NCBI RefSeq assembly: GCF_021028975.2
Contig: NC_059439.1
Coordinates: 21,142,001 to 21,206,000, forward strand
From: Sphaerodactylus townsendi
Taxonomy: Eukaryota
DNA: 64,000 bases
Reading direction: 5' to 3'
Shown in pieces: positions 24,540 to 36,399 of the stretch. The first letter of the stretch is position 1. Each line of letters starts with the position of its first letter. A program made the translations under genes and the position numbers. Below the pieces are notes generated by a model that saw nothing but the letters and a program-made list of their open reading frames with translations, was not told where the DNA came from and searched no databases.

Positions 24540-24900
24540 TACGGGAGGGTCTCGTTGTTTGGAAAAAGGAGGGGCGGAATCAAGGCGAGGAGGGGGAGAG
24601 GGTCCATTTTCCCGCCATTTCCGAGCTCGCCCCCTCCTTCACTCCCCCACGGCACGGGCCATTGTCACTCGCGCGTGCGCGCTAGAACTTATTCCTACAA
24701 AGTCTGCCCTAGAAGCGAAGGGTCTCTCAGCAGCCGCTTACCTGGCGCGGCTTCTCCCTCCCTCGACAAGAGTCCACGGGTTTGTTTTTTTTTCCGCGCG
24801 AAATCTGTTGATTGACAGAGCGGCCGACGTCACACGCTCGGCTCCTGCTCACAGGATCAACAGACGCACGCCGAGATGTGTCGACTTTAAAAGACCTCAC
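24540..24900 (-). promoter_or_regulatory. LIG1: LIG1 CpG-island promoter and non-coding exon 1 (donor after 24742), with double E2F site and CRE-like site
   Basis: CpG-rich; minus-strand cag|gtaagc donor; tttccgcgcgaaa at about 24791-24803 (overlapping E2F sites); gacgtca at about 24825. Confidence 0.75.
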
Positions 24901-25199
24901 CCCTTTCCTTGGCATGCTGGGAAACGTGGTCCTTGACAGGAAAGGTGCTTGAATTGGAGGATGGTGAGCAGGGGTCTGCAACCTGCGGCTCTCCAGATGT
25001 TCATGGACTACAATTCTCATCAGTCCCTGCCACCATGGCCAATTGGCCACGATGGCATGGGCTGATGGGAATTGTAGTCCATGAACATCTGGAGAGCAGT
25101 AGGTTGCAGACCCGATGGTGAGAAATGTAGTCTTAATGGATGTAAAGAAAAAACAACTTAAAATTCTGTTTAGTATTTCTGCTATCATTAACCATATAT

Positions 25200-25345
25200 T
25201 GAAATGAATATTGAATCTAAATTGCACAATTGGGGATGAGGGATAGAGATGTATGTGTAATGAATATTGAATCTAAACTGCCCAATTGGGGATGAGGGAT
25301 ACAATGGATATTGAATCTAAATTGCACAATTGAGGGTGAGGGAGC
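25200..25345. repeat. Three imperfect tandem copies of a ~45-55-nt unit
   Basis: atattgaatctaaattgcacaattggggatgaggga repeated three times. Confidence 0.75.
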
Positions 25346-26934
25346 CTGACAAAGAATTCTGAAGCGTTCCTCGTTATTTTGGGATATTTCATTTATTTAC
25401 GTATATGCATTTTAAGCCTGCCCTATACTTGAACTTATTTTAAATCCATAAAACCTATTAAAACCTACAAAATTTTTAAAAATCATATTTTAAAAATTCA
25501 TATTAACAGAAGGAAGCTATTAAAATTCATATTATTAAAATTAAAATGAATTAAAATTCACATTAACGGAAGGAAGAAACCATCTCTTCAGCCAAAGGCC
25601 TGGAAAAATAGGTACATCTTTGCTACTTAAAAAAATGCATATAAAGAAGATGCTTGACACATCTCAAGGAGGGAGATAATTCCACAGTCTCAGGGCCAAC
25701 ATTGAAAAAGCCCAGGCTCAGATCTCTACCTTTTTTATCACTGGAGGTGGTGGTACCACTAGAAGGGATTCATCTGTGGATCATTTGGTTATATTGGGTA
25801 TGGGATTCAGCAGCTGGAGCTTATGGCCAGAAAGACTGCTGTTTTTAAAAAAAGGGGAAATAAACTAAGCCTCCAAGAACTGCTGACTGGGAAATTGTTT
25901 TTATTCAACTGACACACTGAAGCCTCCATAAGGAAAAATATAGGTTTATTGTCTGTACAGAGAACAATCCAATGGACTCGTGCTCTCAAGGGTGTCCAAA
26001 GAATCAAAATACAGTTTAGGCAACTATAGGAAGTCTTACATCATAGTATGGTGGTATCATAGAGACCGGTACAGTTGCATATGGTCAAAGTCTATTAACC
26101 AAGACAAGTGGAACCAATTAAAAAGAGTCTCACTAAAGTCTCAGCCTTCTACTGTCGGGATGTGGCATTCATGGCAATAACTCAGGAGACTGGAAAGTAA
26201 ACAACCTTTTACATTGAAGTTAGCTAACCCACTTCAACCAAAACGAGGGGAATTAAGTAAAATTAACCAGAAGATAACGCTTAGAAAGATTTATGGAAAA
26301 TAGGTCTATCAGTGGCTACTAGCCATGATGACTAAGAGGCAAATTCTGAATCACAGAGCCAGGAGACAACAACAACAGAAGGCTTTTTTGCCTTGTTGAA
26401 CCATGGAGGAACTGGATGGCCATTGTGTGGGACAGGATGCTAAACTAGATCATGAAGCTTCAACGGAGTCCTAGAGATTTGAGCAAATTAGGCCTCCTTT
26501 TTGCACTGAACCTGCTCCTGTTCCCTTTTATCAGTGCCAGTATAACCGGAGTGGGTCATGACAACCTTGGTAGTAATAATGTGATATTTCCTTAGCAGCC
26601 ACTTGTGCACACAGGTGAACAATACCAGCCTGTTCTTATAATGGTACTATCCCTGACTGGACCATCCTAGTTTAGCAGTGTACTGAAATGGTATCTCTCT
26701 GACTGACCATTCTTTGAGGTGGTTATATGACACATACAGCACTTGTCTTGAGCTGTCATCAGTCTTTAATCGATAGGTTCTGTAACCTGCGTTCTCTCCA
26801 GATACCATGGATTCTGTCATCAGCCCCTGCCAGCATGGTCAATTGGCTATGGTGGCAGGGGCTGATGGAAATTGTAGTCCATGAACATCTGGAGAGCTGC
26901 AGGTTGCAGACCCCTGCTCTAACAGGTACCGTGG

Positions 26935-29522
26935 TTAGCATTCCGGCTGGCCTATGCTGTTTTTATGTCCATCTGGTAAGCCGGGCAGCAGGCTGGGGTC
27001 AAAGAGGGGCTCCCCTACCCAAAGGCGTGCAGCAAAGATGTGCCGGCATGGCAGCTGCCGAGCCATATAAATAGAACAACTGCAAGTGGCCAGGTCTGGG
27101 CTCACCAGGAAAGAGCAGGTACCCCCCTCCAGGAGGTACCCATCGGGAGTGTCCCTGAGATCATAATGTGCATGGGGCACAAGATCTAGTTCTTCAGCTA
27201 CTAGGTCAGCATTGTCAGGCAGGCAGATGGTCCGGTACAGTTCAACCACTGGTGCCACATTTAGTGTTGAGGTCTCCACGTGTAGGGCTTGGAGATCCAA
27301 CAGACCCTGTACACAGGCCGCCAGTGGCATTGGAGGACTGAGTGTGGTCAGCAGCTTGCGACGGTGCATGCTAAGGTGGTCGAGGAAGGGGCATTCTTGG
27401 TTCTTCTCAAAGGCCCAGCACTCTACCCACATACCCTTGTGGGAGTGCCAGCGCTCCAGGAAGTACTGCATAAAGGAAAGCGGAGCCACATCTCCTAGGT
27501 CGCTCAGGTACTGGGTATAGACCAGCGGCGAATCAGCATTGGCCAGGTTGAGCAGCAGGTTGCGTATTTGGTCTTCCTTGGGGACAGCCAGTTCACAGGC
27601 CTTGCGGTAGAGCACCTCCAAGACCTGAAGGCGACAAATCTGCACCCGGGCACATGGCAGCACCTCCTCCACCGCATCAAGGCCTGTCACACCAGCCCCG
27701 ACTGTAACCACCTTCACCTGCAGCTTGATGTCTGGGGCACTCTGCACCAATGAAGCTACAATGAATATCAGAAGGTCGGGCAGTCCCTGGCGTGCCAGAC
27801 AATAGGCTACCTCCCGCCCACGCCCGTTAGCGTCCTGGCACAGCACCGTGTAGAGCTCAAAGTCTGCATCGAGGCAGGCAGCGCGCTCTAGAAAAAGGCG
27901 GGCTGGGAAGCGCTGCACCAGTTCACACATGCGCGAGGTGGCCAGGAAGATGCTGTTGAGGATAGCCACATCCTCCTGAAACACCAGTTTGACTTTGGGG
28001 CCCGCATCTGCCTTAAAGAGTCCGTCTAGAACAGCCAAGAGCTCACACATGCCCTTGTCTTTGGCTTTGCTATAATCCTCCAGGTTCCAGATAAGATCCG
28101 GTGCCAGGAAGCGCTTGGAAATGCTGTTGGTGATGCGAATGGGCAGCCCCAAGCTCGCTCTCAGCTGGTACCGCTTGAAGTGGAGGGCAAACTCCAGTTC
28201 AGACAGATGGTGGTTGTGCTCCAGGTTGGCTTCAATCACCACCAGGCGGTCCTTCTTTGGCCCTAGGCGTAGTGTGATGGAGGCTGGACAGTCGATTTTC
28301 TCACTACTGCAAAAGGGAAGATTTTTTTTTTAAAGGAGCAAGTCCACTCGTATCAGGTGCATACAACTTATCCAAAATATCAGCTTCAATCAATAGTCCC
28401 CCCTAACTGTTCCCAGTTGCTATGGAGAACTAACAAAACACTGCGTGGAACTGAGCTGCCTGGGAGAGCTCCCTCTGCTGGGTGGCCCCTGATTTGCGCA
28501 GCACCAATATGGTGGCTGCACTGCCACACACATGTGTTGCTTCTAGACAATGTTGACTTTGACTCACAATGACATCTCCGCTACTACCGTGCACACTCCC
28601 TCTGAGAAAAAACTGAAAACATCTGAAGTTGTTTGCTCTTGTTCGAACCTTCACACTTATGAAAAATGTCACCATGGCAAAGAGGAGTAAGCAGTTGTGT
28701 AGGGTTCATTCAGAAAAGCATGCCTGAATTTTGCATGGTTTACATATATTTTTATTCAGCTGTACACATCCATCCTCCAGCACAAACTAAACAGTCTTCA
28801 GTGATTTATGATAAATCCCAGGGTATTCTATTTTCTAGGGAAGGAGTAGCCATTTTTTTTAATGTGGGACTCCAAAATACAAACGAAATGAATTTAAGCC
28901 AAAACTTAGGTCTTGTTTGTGAAGGACTTCCAGGGTTTGGGTGTTTTGGGGTGGGGAAATTGGAATTCCCCCCCTTTTCTCATTCTTGATTAGTTTTGAA
29001 GACGGAAGCTTGTTGTTTTCACTAAGATTTCAGGCTTACATATTTTGCTCCTTAGAGACATGACTGCATTAATTCCCATCGCTGTAGAGCAGGTGTGCTA
29101 AGGCCACCTGCCTAGCTTGTTGCCATGGGAAGATTTGAGCTGGGGACTATCCTGGCTCTCCTTATTAGATCTACACAACAACAGGCTGCTGCTTTAGTGT
29201 TTTGCTCCAAGCTTGACAAAGTCAGTCCTCAGGGATTTCCTGTCTTTCCCAGGCGCTGAGGCACACTTACCGGTGGTTGGCGCTTCTGCACCGTGCTCTG
29301 CCCCACGTAGGTCCCGCTGTACTTGCAGATGAGGCGCACAAAACGGAAGCGGAGGATCTCAGCCAGGCTTGGCTGATGGTGCAGCGAGTTCTGGTGCAGG
29401 GAGACCAGCGGCTTCAGACTGGCGACAATGAAGATCACCTTGTGCTTTTCGCACCAGTCGTCAATGAACGTGCTGAACTGGTGCCAGGTATGGAACTCCT
29501 GGCCCAGTCCCAGGTCCCCCAT
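26935..29522 (-). CDS. ZSWIM9-like protein (FAR1-like N-terminus, inactive MULE-transposase-like core, C-terminal SWIM finger); exons 29522-29271 and 28306-26935; phase mismatch at the junction; about 540 aa if corrected
   Basis: EFHTWHQFSTFIDDWCE, DCPASITLRLGPKKDRLVV, LPIRITNSISKRFLAP, KVKLVFQED, ASLVQSAPDIK and LPCARVQICR are collinear with ZSWIM9. SWIM motif CSCSIYMARQLPCRH. Adjacent to LIG1 as in mammals. Ortholog versus paralog unresolved. Confidence 0.85.
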
Positions 29523-30629
29523 GGCAACTCTGGCAAAACTGCGAGCCAGTTTCGCTGTGACAAAAAAAAGAGGAAGATGATGAGATTGTGCTGACGTTTG
29601 AGACTGACAAACAACCCGCCCAAGACAGAGGTTCACAAACCAACCTACCACCTTAGGATGGGTTTACTGTAAAACATCCCCAAGATGTGAAAATATAGCT
29701 CCACAGTGTGAAAATAATTCCTTCCATAGAATTCTTCCCATAGGAATTCTTATAGGGTTGATTCATCTGGCCTTTTCACTGAATAGCATCCAATTCTTCC
29801 CCTTATTACAGTTTCTGTCCCACGTGGCTTTTGTCCATCCAGGGCCCATGATTCCTCCCACAGTTAGTAGTATCTTACACACAAGGTGGGCTCAAACCAC
29901 TTTTTTCACTGGTATAAAAGAGATGAGGTGCTCCCTTTGACTTGGACAGTCAAACGATGCTGGGAATCGTGGGGCCCTCATGGACAAAAGCCACGTGGGA
30001 CAGGAGGTTATGGTAGAGAGAAGAACTAGGTGCAAATAAATGGAAAAGCTGGCTCAATCCAACTAGCAATCCTATTATGACTATGCTGCATGAACCCGCT
30101 CAGTCATTAAGATCTCCTGGGAAGAACTGGAATTTCAACATCCATAATCTTTTAGACAAGTAATAAACTCTTGAACACAAGTAAGAAAGCTGGTAAAATA
30201 ACATCTGAGTAGAATGTACTAGAGAGACTACACCCCAGCCTCAGATATTAACTTTACACCAGCAACCAAAATCATCATTGATGAAACAGACGACACCCTA
30301 ACCCTAACCCTACTAAAGCAAATGCCTTATCTGTGAATTGAGATGTTGCTGCCCTGCAGTGTAGAAGTCAACAGAAGAAGAAGAAAATACAGGGTCACAT
30401 GAATAAAGTAGCAAATATGAGGATATTATGGAGCATAAGCATGGAACGCAGTAAGAAATCTGGCGGTATAAACTGTTTCTGGGATATGCATGCATGTGAA
30501 AAGGATGCATTTCAGTTTTCAGATCCCAGTTGAGAACACGTTAATAATCATTTGAAATGTGCAGGCCTAGCTGTGGGCTGCTTTGAATGTCAATAAAACC
30601 TGGATGTGTGTGTGTGTCAATATTTTAAA

Positions 30630-32515
30630 CTAGCCGTACCCGGCCACGCGTTGCTATGGCCCAGTCTGGTTAAATGGAAAAGAAAGAAAAGAGAAAGCAC
30701 ATGTTTCTAATATGTTTAATGTCACAATGCTTGTGGGTATACAATATTTTTTGTTCCATTGTCTGTGCAGATAAAGAGATTGTCTGGTTTGCCGACTCTA
30801 GAACACGCAACATATAATTGTCCATGTGAGAAGCAATCCGTGTCAAGATCTAAACTGCATAATTCTAAAGGTTGGCCCTGAGCTTTGTTGATAGTGATTG
30901 CAAACGCCAATCTCTCAGCCTGTCGCATTCATTCTGTTGAGAACGAAGCAGACCTGAAGCTGCAGAACGCAATTGCCGCGCTCGCAACCGTGCATCCTCA
31001 AGTCTGGCTGCACGTCGCTCTGCTGATTCCTCGGCACGTAATTGAGCCATTCTTTGTCTGGTTCGTTCTTTCATTGATGCCCGTGCTTCTTCAGTTTGAT
31101 TTGCAATTAGTCGTCGCGTTGCTTCCGCACTGCGAGTACGACGACCTAAGTTTGATTTTCTGCGAGGCATTATTAGGATGAACTGAAGCAGATTGATTTC
31201 ACTGAAAAAGAAGAAAGAAAGTTATAACAGAAACATATGAAATTGCAAAAGATTTAAAAAGGAAAAAACAGGAAGTGGAAAACAAAGAAAGGAAAAAAAT
31301 GAAAAATAGTTACGGAATATCTGAAAGGAAACGCAGATCAATCAGCACAACTCAATTCCACCACCAATGGCAGTGAAAAATAAGAAAATCAGTCAAGAAA
31401 AGGAAATGAAAAACAGTGGAAAAAGTAAAATAGTCATGAAATGAACAGTATGGTAAACAACACAGTGCAATTCTAATGTAATGTCACATGAAATAAGTAA
31501 AGCAAATGGGGAAAAATTGGAATCTATGAGAAATAACTGTAACAATGCAATCGGAAACATTGAAGTGGAAGTGTAAAAGTGGTGGGCCAGTTTGGTGAAA
31601 TGGGAAAGGTGAAATGAGAGTGAAATGGGAAAGAAAGAAAAGCGGAAGCGCATGTTTCTAAGATGTTTGATTTAACAATGCTTATGGGTAGACAGTATTT
31701 TTTGTTGTTGCATTGTCTGTGCAGAGGCGGAGATTGTGTGGTTTTGTGACTGCGAAAGATGGAGCATATAATTGACCACGTGAGAAGCAATCCATGTGTA
31801 GATCTGAGCCACACAATGGTAAAGAGTGGTCCTGAGCTTTGCTGATGGTAACTGCAAACAGCAATCGAATTGGAAATTGCAGTCTCTCAAATTGAAATGG
31901 GATATCCGTTGGAATCTTCTTTTGACGTAACTGAATTACATGGTGGTTAGGAAAGAGCGCTGCGAGAAGCGAGGATGTTACATCAGTGAAACCGACTTGG
32001 GCTTGGGCAAGGCGAGGGGGTCCCGTGGTGCTTTTACCCCCCAGATTTCCCCAGCTACACTTGGGGAGCCTGAAGGGAACACAGTTGGGGACCGTGGGCT
32101 TCCTGACCAGACAGACGAAAACTTATTATCCGAGAGATATCGAGAAGCTGCAGGTCTTCGTGGAGTTTGAAACAGATATCCGTTTGCATTCGTTGTGTCC
32201 GTTTGACCTCTGCCTGCCAGATTTCCCAGTCTGCATTGCGAATTGTACATGGATCGTAAATCGGAAACATTAAGATGGAATCGTAAAGTAGTGAGTATAG
32301 CGTGTGTTGCTGTAACATCCAGCAGATGGTGCTGTTTTTTAAAAGCATGGTTTTACCTGTCACAGGTGTGACACCTGTATCATAGTATAACAGTAGGTAT
32401 ATAAAAACATGCATGTATTCGAATGCAACGTTGTGTCAAAATTTCAAACCAATCGGTGAAGAACTTTCGGAGAGTTAAGATTTTGAACAAATGAACATTT
32501 ACATTTTTATTTATA
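30630..32515 (-). mobile_element. Non-autonomous, internally deleted Helitron
   Basis: 3' end has the hairpin GGCCATAGCAACGCGTGGCC, then CTAG followed by T. Pif1-like helicase end RLAFAITINKAQGQ...FSHGQLYVACSRV (30722-30910); RepHel-like N-terminus MPRRKSNLGRRTR (from 31170); second decayed helicase end at 31680-31915; AT-rich 5' end. Confidence 0.92.
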
Positions 32516-32592
32516 TCTATATCTATATATCTATATCTATATATCTATATATCTATATATCTATATATCTATATATATCTATATATCTATAT
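32510..32592. repeat. (CTATATAT)n microsatellite at the Helitron 5' end
   Basis: Directly visible tandem ATCTATAT-type units. Confidence 0.9.
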
Positions 32593-35019
32593 AAAGCAAA
32601 CTGTGAGTTTGTTCCTAATGGTCTAGCACAGGAACTGCTGGGCCAATTCCTCTGAAAATTTCCAGCCACTGTAGTCAGCCAGGTGAGAGTGTTTTTAGAT
32701 GCTCACATACCTGAAATATCACACCGGGTCCAGATAAAACGCCTTTTTCCTGGCACTCCATGGTGAAGGACATGCAGCTGCCTGTGTGTAACTGTCACCC
32801 TTAGAATGTTCATGCCCTTAGAATGTTCGCTCAGATGGCCAGATATGAGCAGTGGAAACAGTATATAGGTAATAACTCGAGTGGAAGTGGAACGCATACA
32901 CACGCTGCCGTGTGAGATGTCAAAAGTTTTGCCCAGCGCTTGTCTAAATTCGCAAAAAATGCATACAGAGCATCTAAGCTTCCAAAAAATGAACCCATCT
33001 GTGTTTCTTGAGAGGATGCATGAACACCCACCAAGTTGAGTGAGTGACTGTCACAATTTACAAACAAAGCCAGGTGGTTCTTTTCAATTATTCTTTGTTG
33101 TACACCACTTCTGAGTCCAGCCATTACAGCAGCATTGTCGTAGCACTGTGACCGACAATCCTTCAGATCCAGTTTGTCATTCTCCAGCTGTCTCAAGATT
33201 TCCCCGGTCAAGCTCTCTGCATCTTTCTTGCGGATCCAGATGAAACCAAGAAAGGATTCTCTAACTTGGGCTTTTCTGCTCTCAGCATCAATTTCAACAT
33301 ACCTAACAACTTCTGACATCTGGTCATGATGTGCCAGATCAGGAGTTGAGTCAAACATGATGCCATAGTACTTGGCAGAACGAATCCTGTCCAGTATATT
33401 CTGACGAACTGCGGAAGTGATGAGGTGAATGAATTCATTTTGGATATGTGGTGAAAGGTAAGATATTGAGCCTAGATGACTTTGGACATTAGCAAGGTGC
33501 TGTCTCATGACAGGGCCATAGCGAGCCAGTAGTTTCGCTAACTCCAGGAAATTTCTCATATAATCCTCTGGAAAGAACTCCTTGTGGCCTCGATAAGGCA
33601 AGTTTTGGATCACAAGAGTTTTTATACAGTCAGGAGTCTTTTAAAAATGTCACTCCACTTCTGCGTCTCCATCTCCATCTGTGTCTATAGGCCAATGTCA
33701 ATCATTCCTCTGCTCTCAGCCAAATTTATCACCATTAATATCCACTGGGAAAAGCACTGTCGATGATTGCTCCCTCTTTCATGACCAGTAATCCTCTCAT
33801 ACTTTTTCCACTGGTCAAACCCAGATTCCCCAGATGCAGACCGATATTCTTTTTTTGAAAACAGAAGGCAACATAAACAGAATACTGCCCTTTTGGAGGG
33901 TGAATACATGAGCCATGTGCGGGTCACCTCCCTACCATGACCATCTCCGGATCTCATCTGGAACCACCTTGAAGGCATGTAACGATTTTGGGGTCGTGTG
34001 GGTATAAAAGGCCCCTTGTCATTCTGAAAATACCTGAATCCCATCTGTATCATTAGTGATCGCAGTGCATCAGAGATACGTGGTCTTCAGGTTTCCTTAT
34101 CGAATGGCAGAAGCCCCACATCATGCTTCAGGATGACTTCTGGAATGGCAGGTGAACACTCAACACTTCCCAGCTCATCAGGGTGACATTTTTTCTGGCT
34201 CATCAGGGTGAGGTTTTTCAACAGGTTCTGGCTCATCCATCTCCATTTCCTTGTCCTGTGACTTAGCCACCTTCATGTCCTCCTCTGCTTCTGAGAATGT
34301 TGTATTAGATTCGACCTCTGCTACTGGGAAACTTGTTGAAGGATCCAGTAGCTCCTCATACTGCACTGAAGTTGCTGACTTGTGCTTTTTTAAGTAGGTC
34401 AAGAGGTTTTGGCTTGATTTTTTTGCCTCCTCCATTGCCAACTTCTGTCTCTTCTGCCCTTTTGCACTCTGTCTTTTCCTTGGTAGCCCCAAACACCAAC
34501 TGCTTTTCACCTCTAATAATGAGGGACATTCTACATTTCCAACAATGCAGGATAATGCAAGTGAAGCCTATCTCTTTTATACAGTATCAGCATGTCCCAG
34601 AAAGTTCACCAGTGCCTAACAAATCTAAGCCTTTCCTCCTGGCATCACTTCCTCATCATGCACTGAGACCCCAGATTTATGCCTGCTCAGTGGATCTGTG
34701 AATGGAACTGACAGCAGTTCTGAGAATGCTATCTTGGAGATTCTGGTCTTTTACTTTCTGGCTACTAATCTACCTACAAAACTGGAAGGGGGACCAAGTG
34801 TAAGGTCTCTCTGTACAACTGACAATAATGGAGACTCTTGATATGCTCAGAAGCATTCACTGAACTGAATCAGTCACAATAAAAGCAAAAAGCAAGAACT
34901 GAGAGTCTCTTTGCTAGCATTTAATAGCAACCATCCTAAGCTCCCCCCCAATTATTCTAGCAGCATCTTCCAGAATCCCACAACAGAGTCCTCAGTTTAG
35001 AACAACAGAAACAAGAAGA

Positions 35020-35140
35020 GTGTAACAGTTTTCCCTCTGTGATACACCTCTGAAGATGCCAGCCACAGATGTAGGCGAAACGTTAGGAACAAGATCCACC
35101 AGACCACGGCCACACAGCCCAAAAACCCACCACAACCAGA
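35020..35140 (+). mobile_element. Penelope-like element terminal fragment
   Basis: cctctgaagatgccagccacagat...ggcgaaacgttagga...aaaacccaccacaacc. Relatives at 38715-38819, 48315-48466, 57360-57460 and 61772-61900. Confidence 0.75.
35047..35088 (+). ncRNA. Minimal type I hammerhead ribozyme motif
   Basis: CCT-CTGAAGA-T-GCC...GGC-GAAA-CG-TT-AGG: conserved core boxes, stem I CCT/AGG, stem II GCC/GGC and palindromic AACGTT in place of stem III. Confidence 0.6.
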
Positions 35141-36399
35141 AGAAGGGGGAATGTTTAGGTGAGCTCAAGGGAAAGAAGGTTTAGGTGAGCTCAAGTGAAT
35201 ACTCATTGCAAGGACAACAATTAAGAGTGAATGACCTATTACATTAACAAAAACCCAGGTGCAAAAGTCCCCCAAATGAACTCTTATTTTCCTCACCAAC
35301 AGAAACACACAAAAAAGAGCTCTAAGTGTCAGGAAGCAGGAGAAATCCTTCAACCCTTTCCCACCATCCTTCAGACTCCCAAAAGCACTATCCAGTAGAA
35401 AGATGCTGGGCTCCAACCTGCCCAGAACTCATACCTGGCAGCTCTCCACCCACCTAAGGGCTGCAAGGGCTCTGAACAAAAGCAAAGCCGCCAGCATCCC
35501 CATCCCTCGCCCTTGGCAAAGGCTCTGGCAGCAAAAACCATAGCTCTCTGGGGTACCTGGAGAAAGGAAAGTCTTACCAGCACAAGTGCCCACCCAATCA
35601 GAGGTACAGGGTACGAGGGGGAGGGATGGTGTTTCTGCTTCTACCTGCCATTCTTCCTCTTCCTCTTCTATTTAACCTCACCCTCCTGCCCCTTTTCTTT
35701 CCCAAACCAAACGCAAAGCCTGTTTTGCAGACAGAAGGGAGGGAAAGAGAAGAGGGGGGATTTGCTTTGCATCCCAGAAGGAGGGGAGCAAACTTCAGCT
35801 GACACAGCGTCCCTGGCTGCCTCTGACCCACTGAAACTGAAGGCTTGAAGCTAGCAGAGAAAGGGGTGGGGCAGCAGCATCCTCTGAGTGAGTAAAGAGG
35901 GGATCCAGAGGTTTCAGTCTGCAGAGAGGACGTGGCAGCAGCGGCTGTGGCAGGACTGGGGGGCCCCTGGTAGGGTGTTTGTGTGCCTCTGGCCTGCGCT
36001 GCCCTCCCTCTTAAGCACTTACCTTGTCTCCTTAATCGTTTCTCCTCTGCAGCGTTTGTTCTCTTCCTTATTCACAACACACGCCACTTCCTCTCTGTCT
36101 AGCTCTGCTCTCCCTCTATCAACTTCCTGCCTTTTACTCCATCCCCTCTGCCTGGCTGGCCCTGCTAAATGTGATGGATTGCCTTCCAGGCTCCTGACCC
36201 CGCCCCCCCAGTCACAGTTGACGGTTGAAGAGGAACGGTTGCACAGGGCGCGTGTCGCCTGGCTGGCTTTAGAGCACAGGTGTCAAACTCGCGCGCCCTC
36301 CAGATGTTATGGACTACATTTCCCATCATCCCCAGAGTCTCTGTGTGAAGGGAGGGGGCGGAGAGCTCCTCCTCCTCCTCAATATCCATCCCTGCCAGG

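Larger units (their letters stand above)
32831..36164 (-). mobile_element. 3'-truncated, frameshifted hAT transposon (TTF zinc finger + DUF4371, ZMYM1-like transposase)
   Basis: ORF pieces 34510-34178, 34053-33685 (WLMYSPSKRAVFCLCCLLF...HERGSNH) and 33613-32831 (YLSPHIQNEFI, FDSTPD, QCYDNAAVM, CDSHSLNL). The third catalytic residue and dimerisation domain are missing. The 5' TIR CAGGGCCAGCC at 36164 is tentative. Confidence 0.85.

Noticed and set aside
30296-30312. Interstitial telomeric repeat (CCCTAA)x3
   Set aside because: Under three full units; too short to distinguish from chance.
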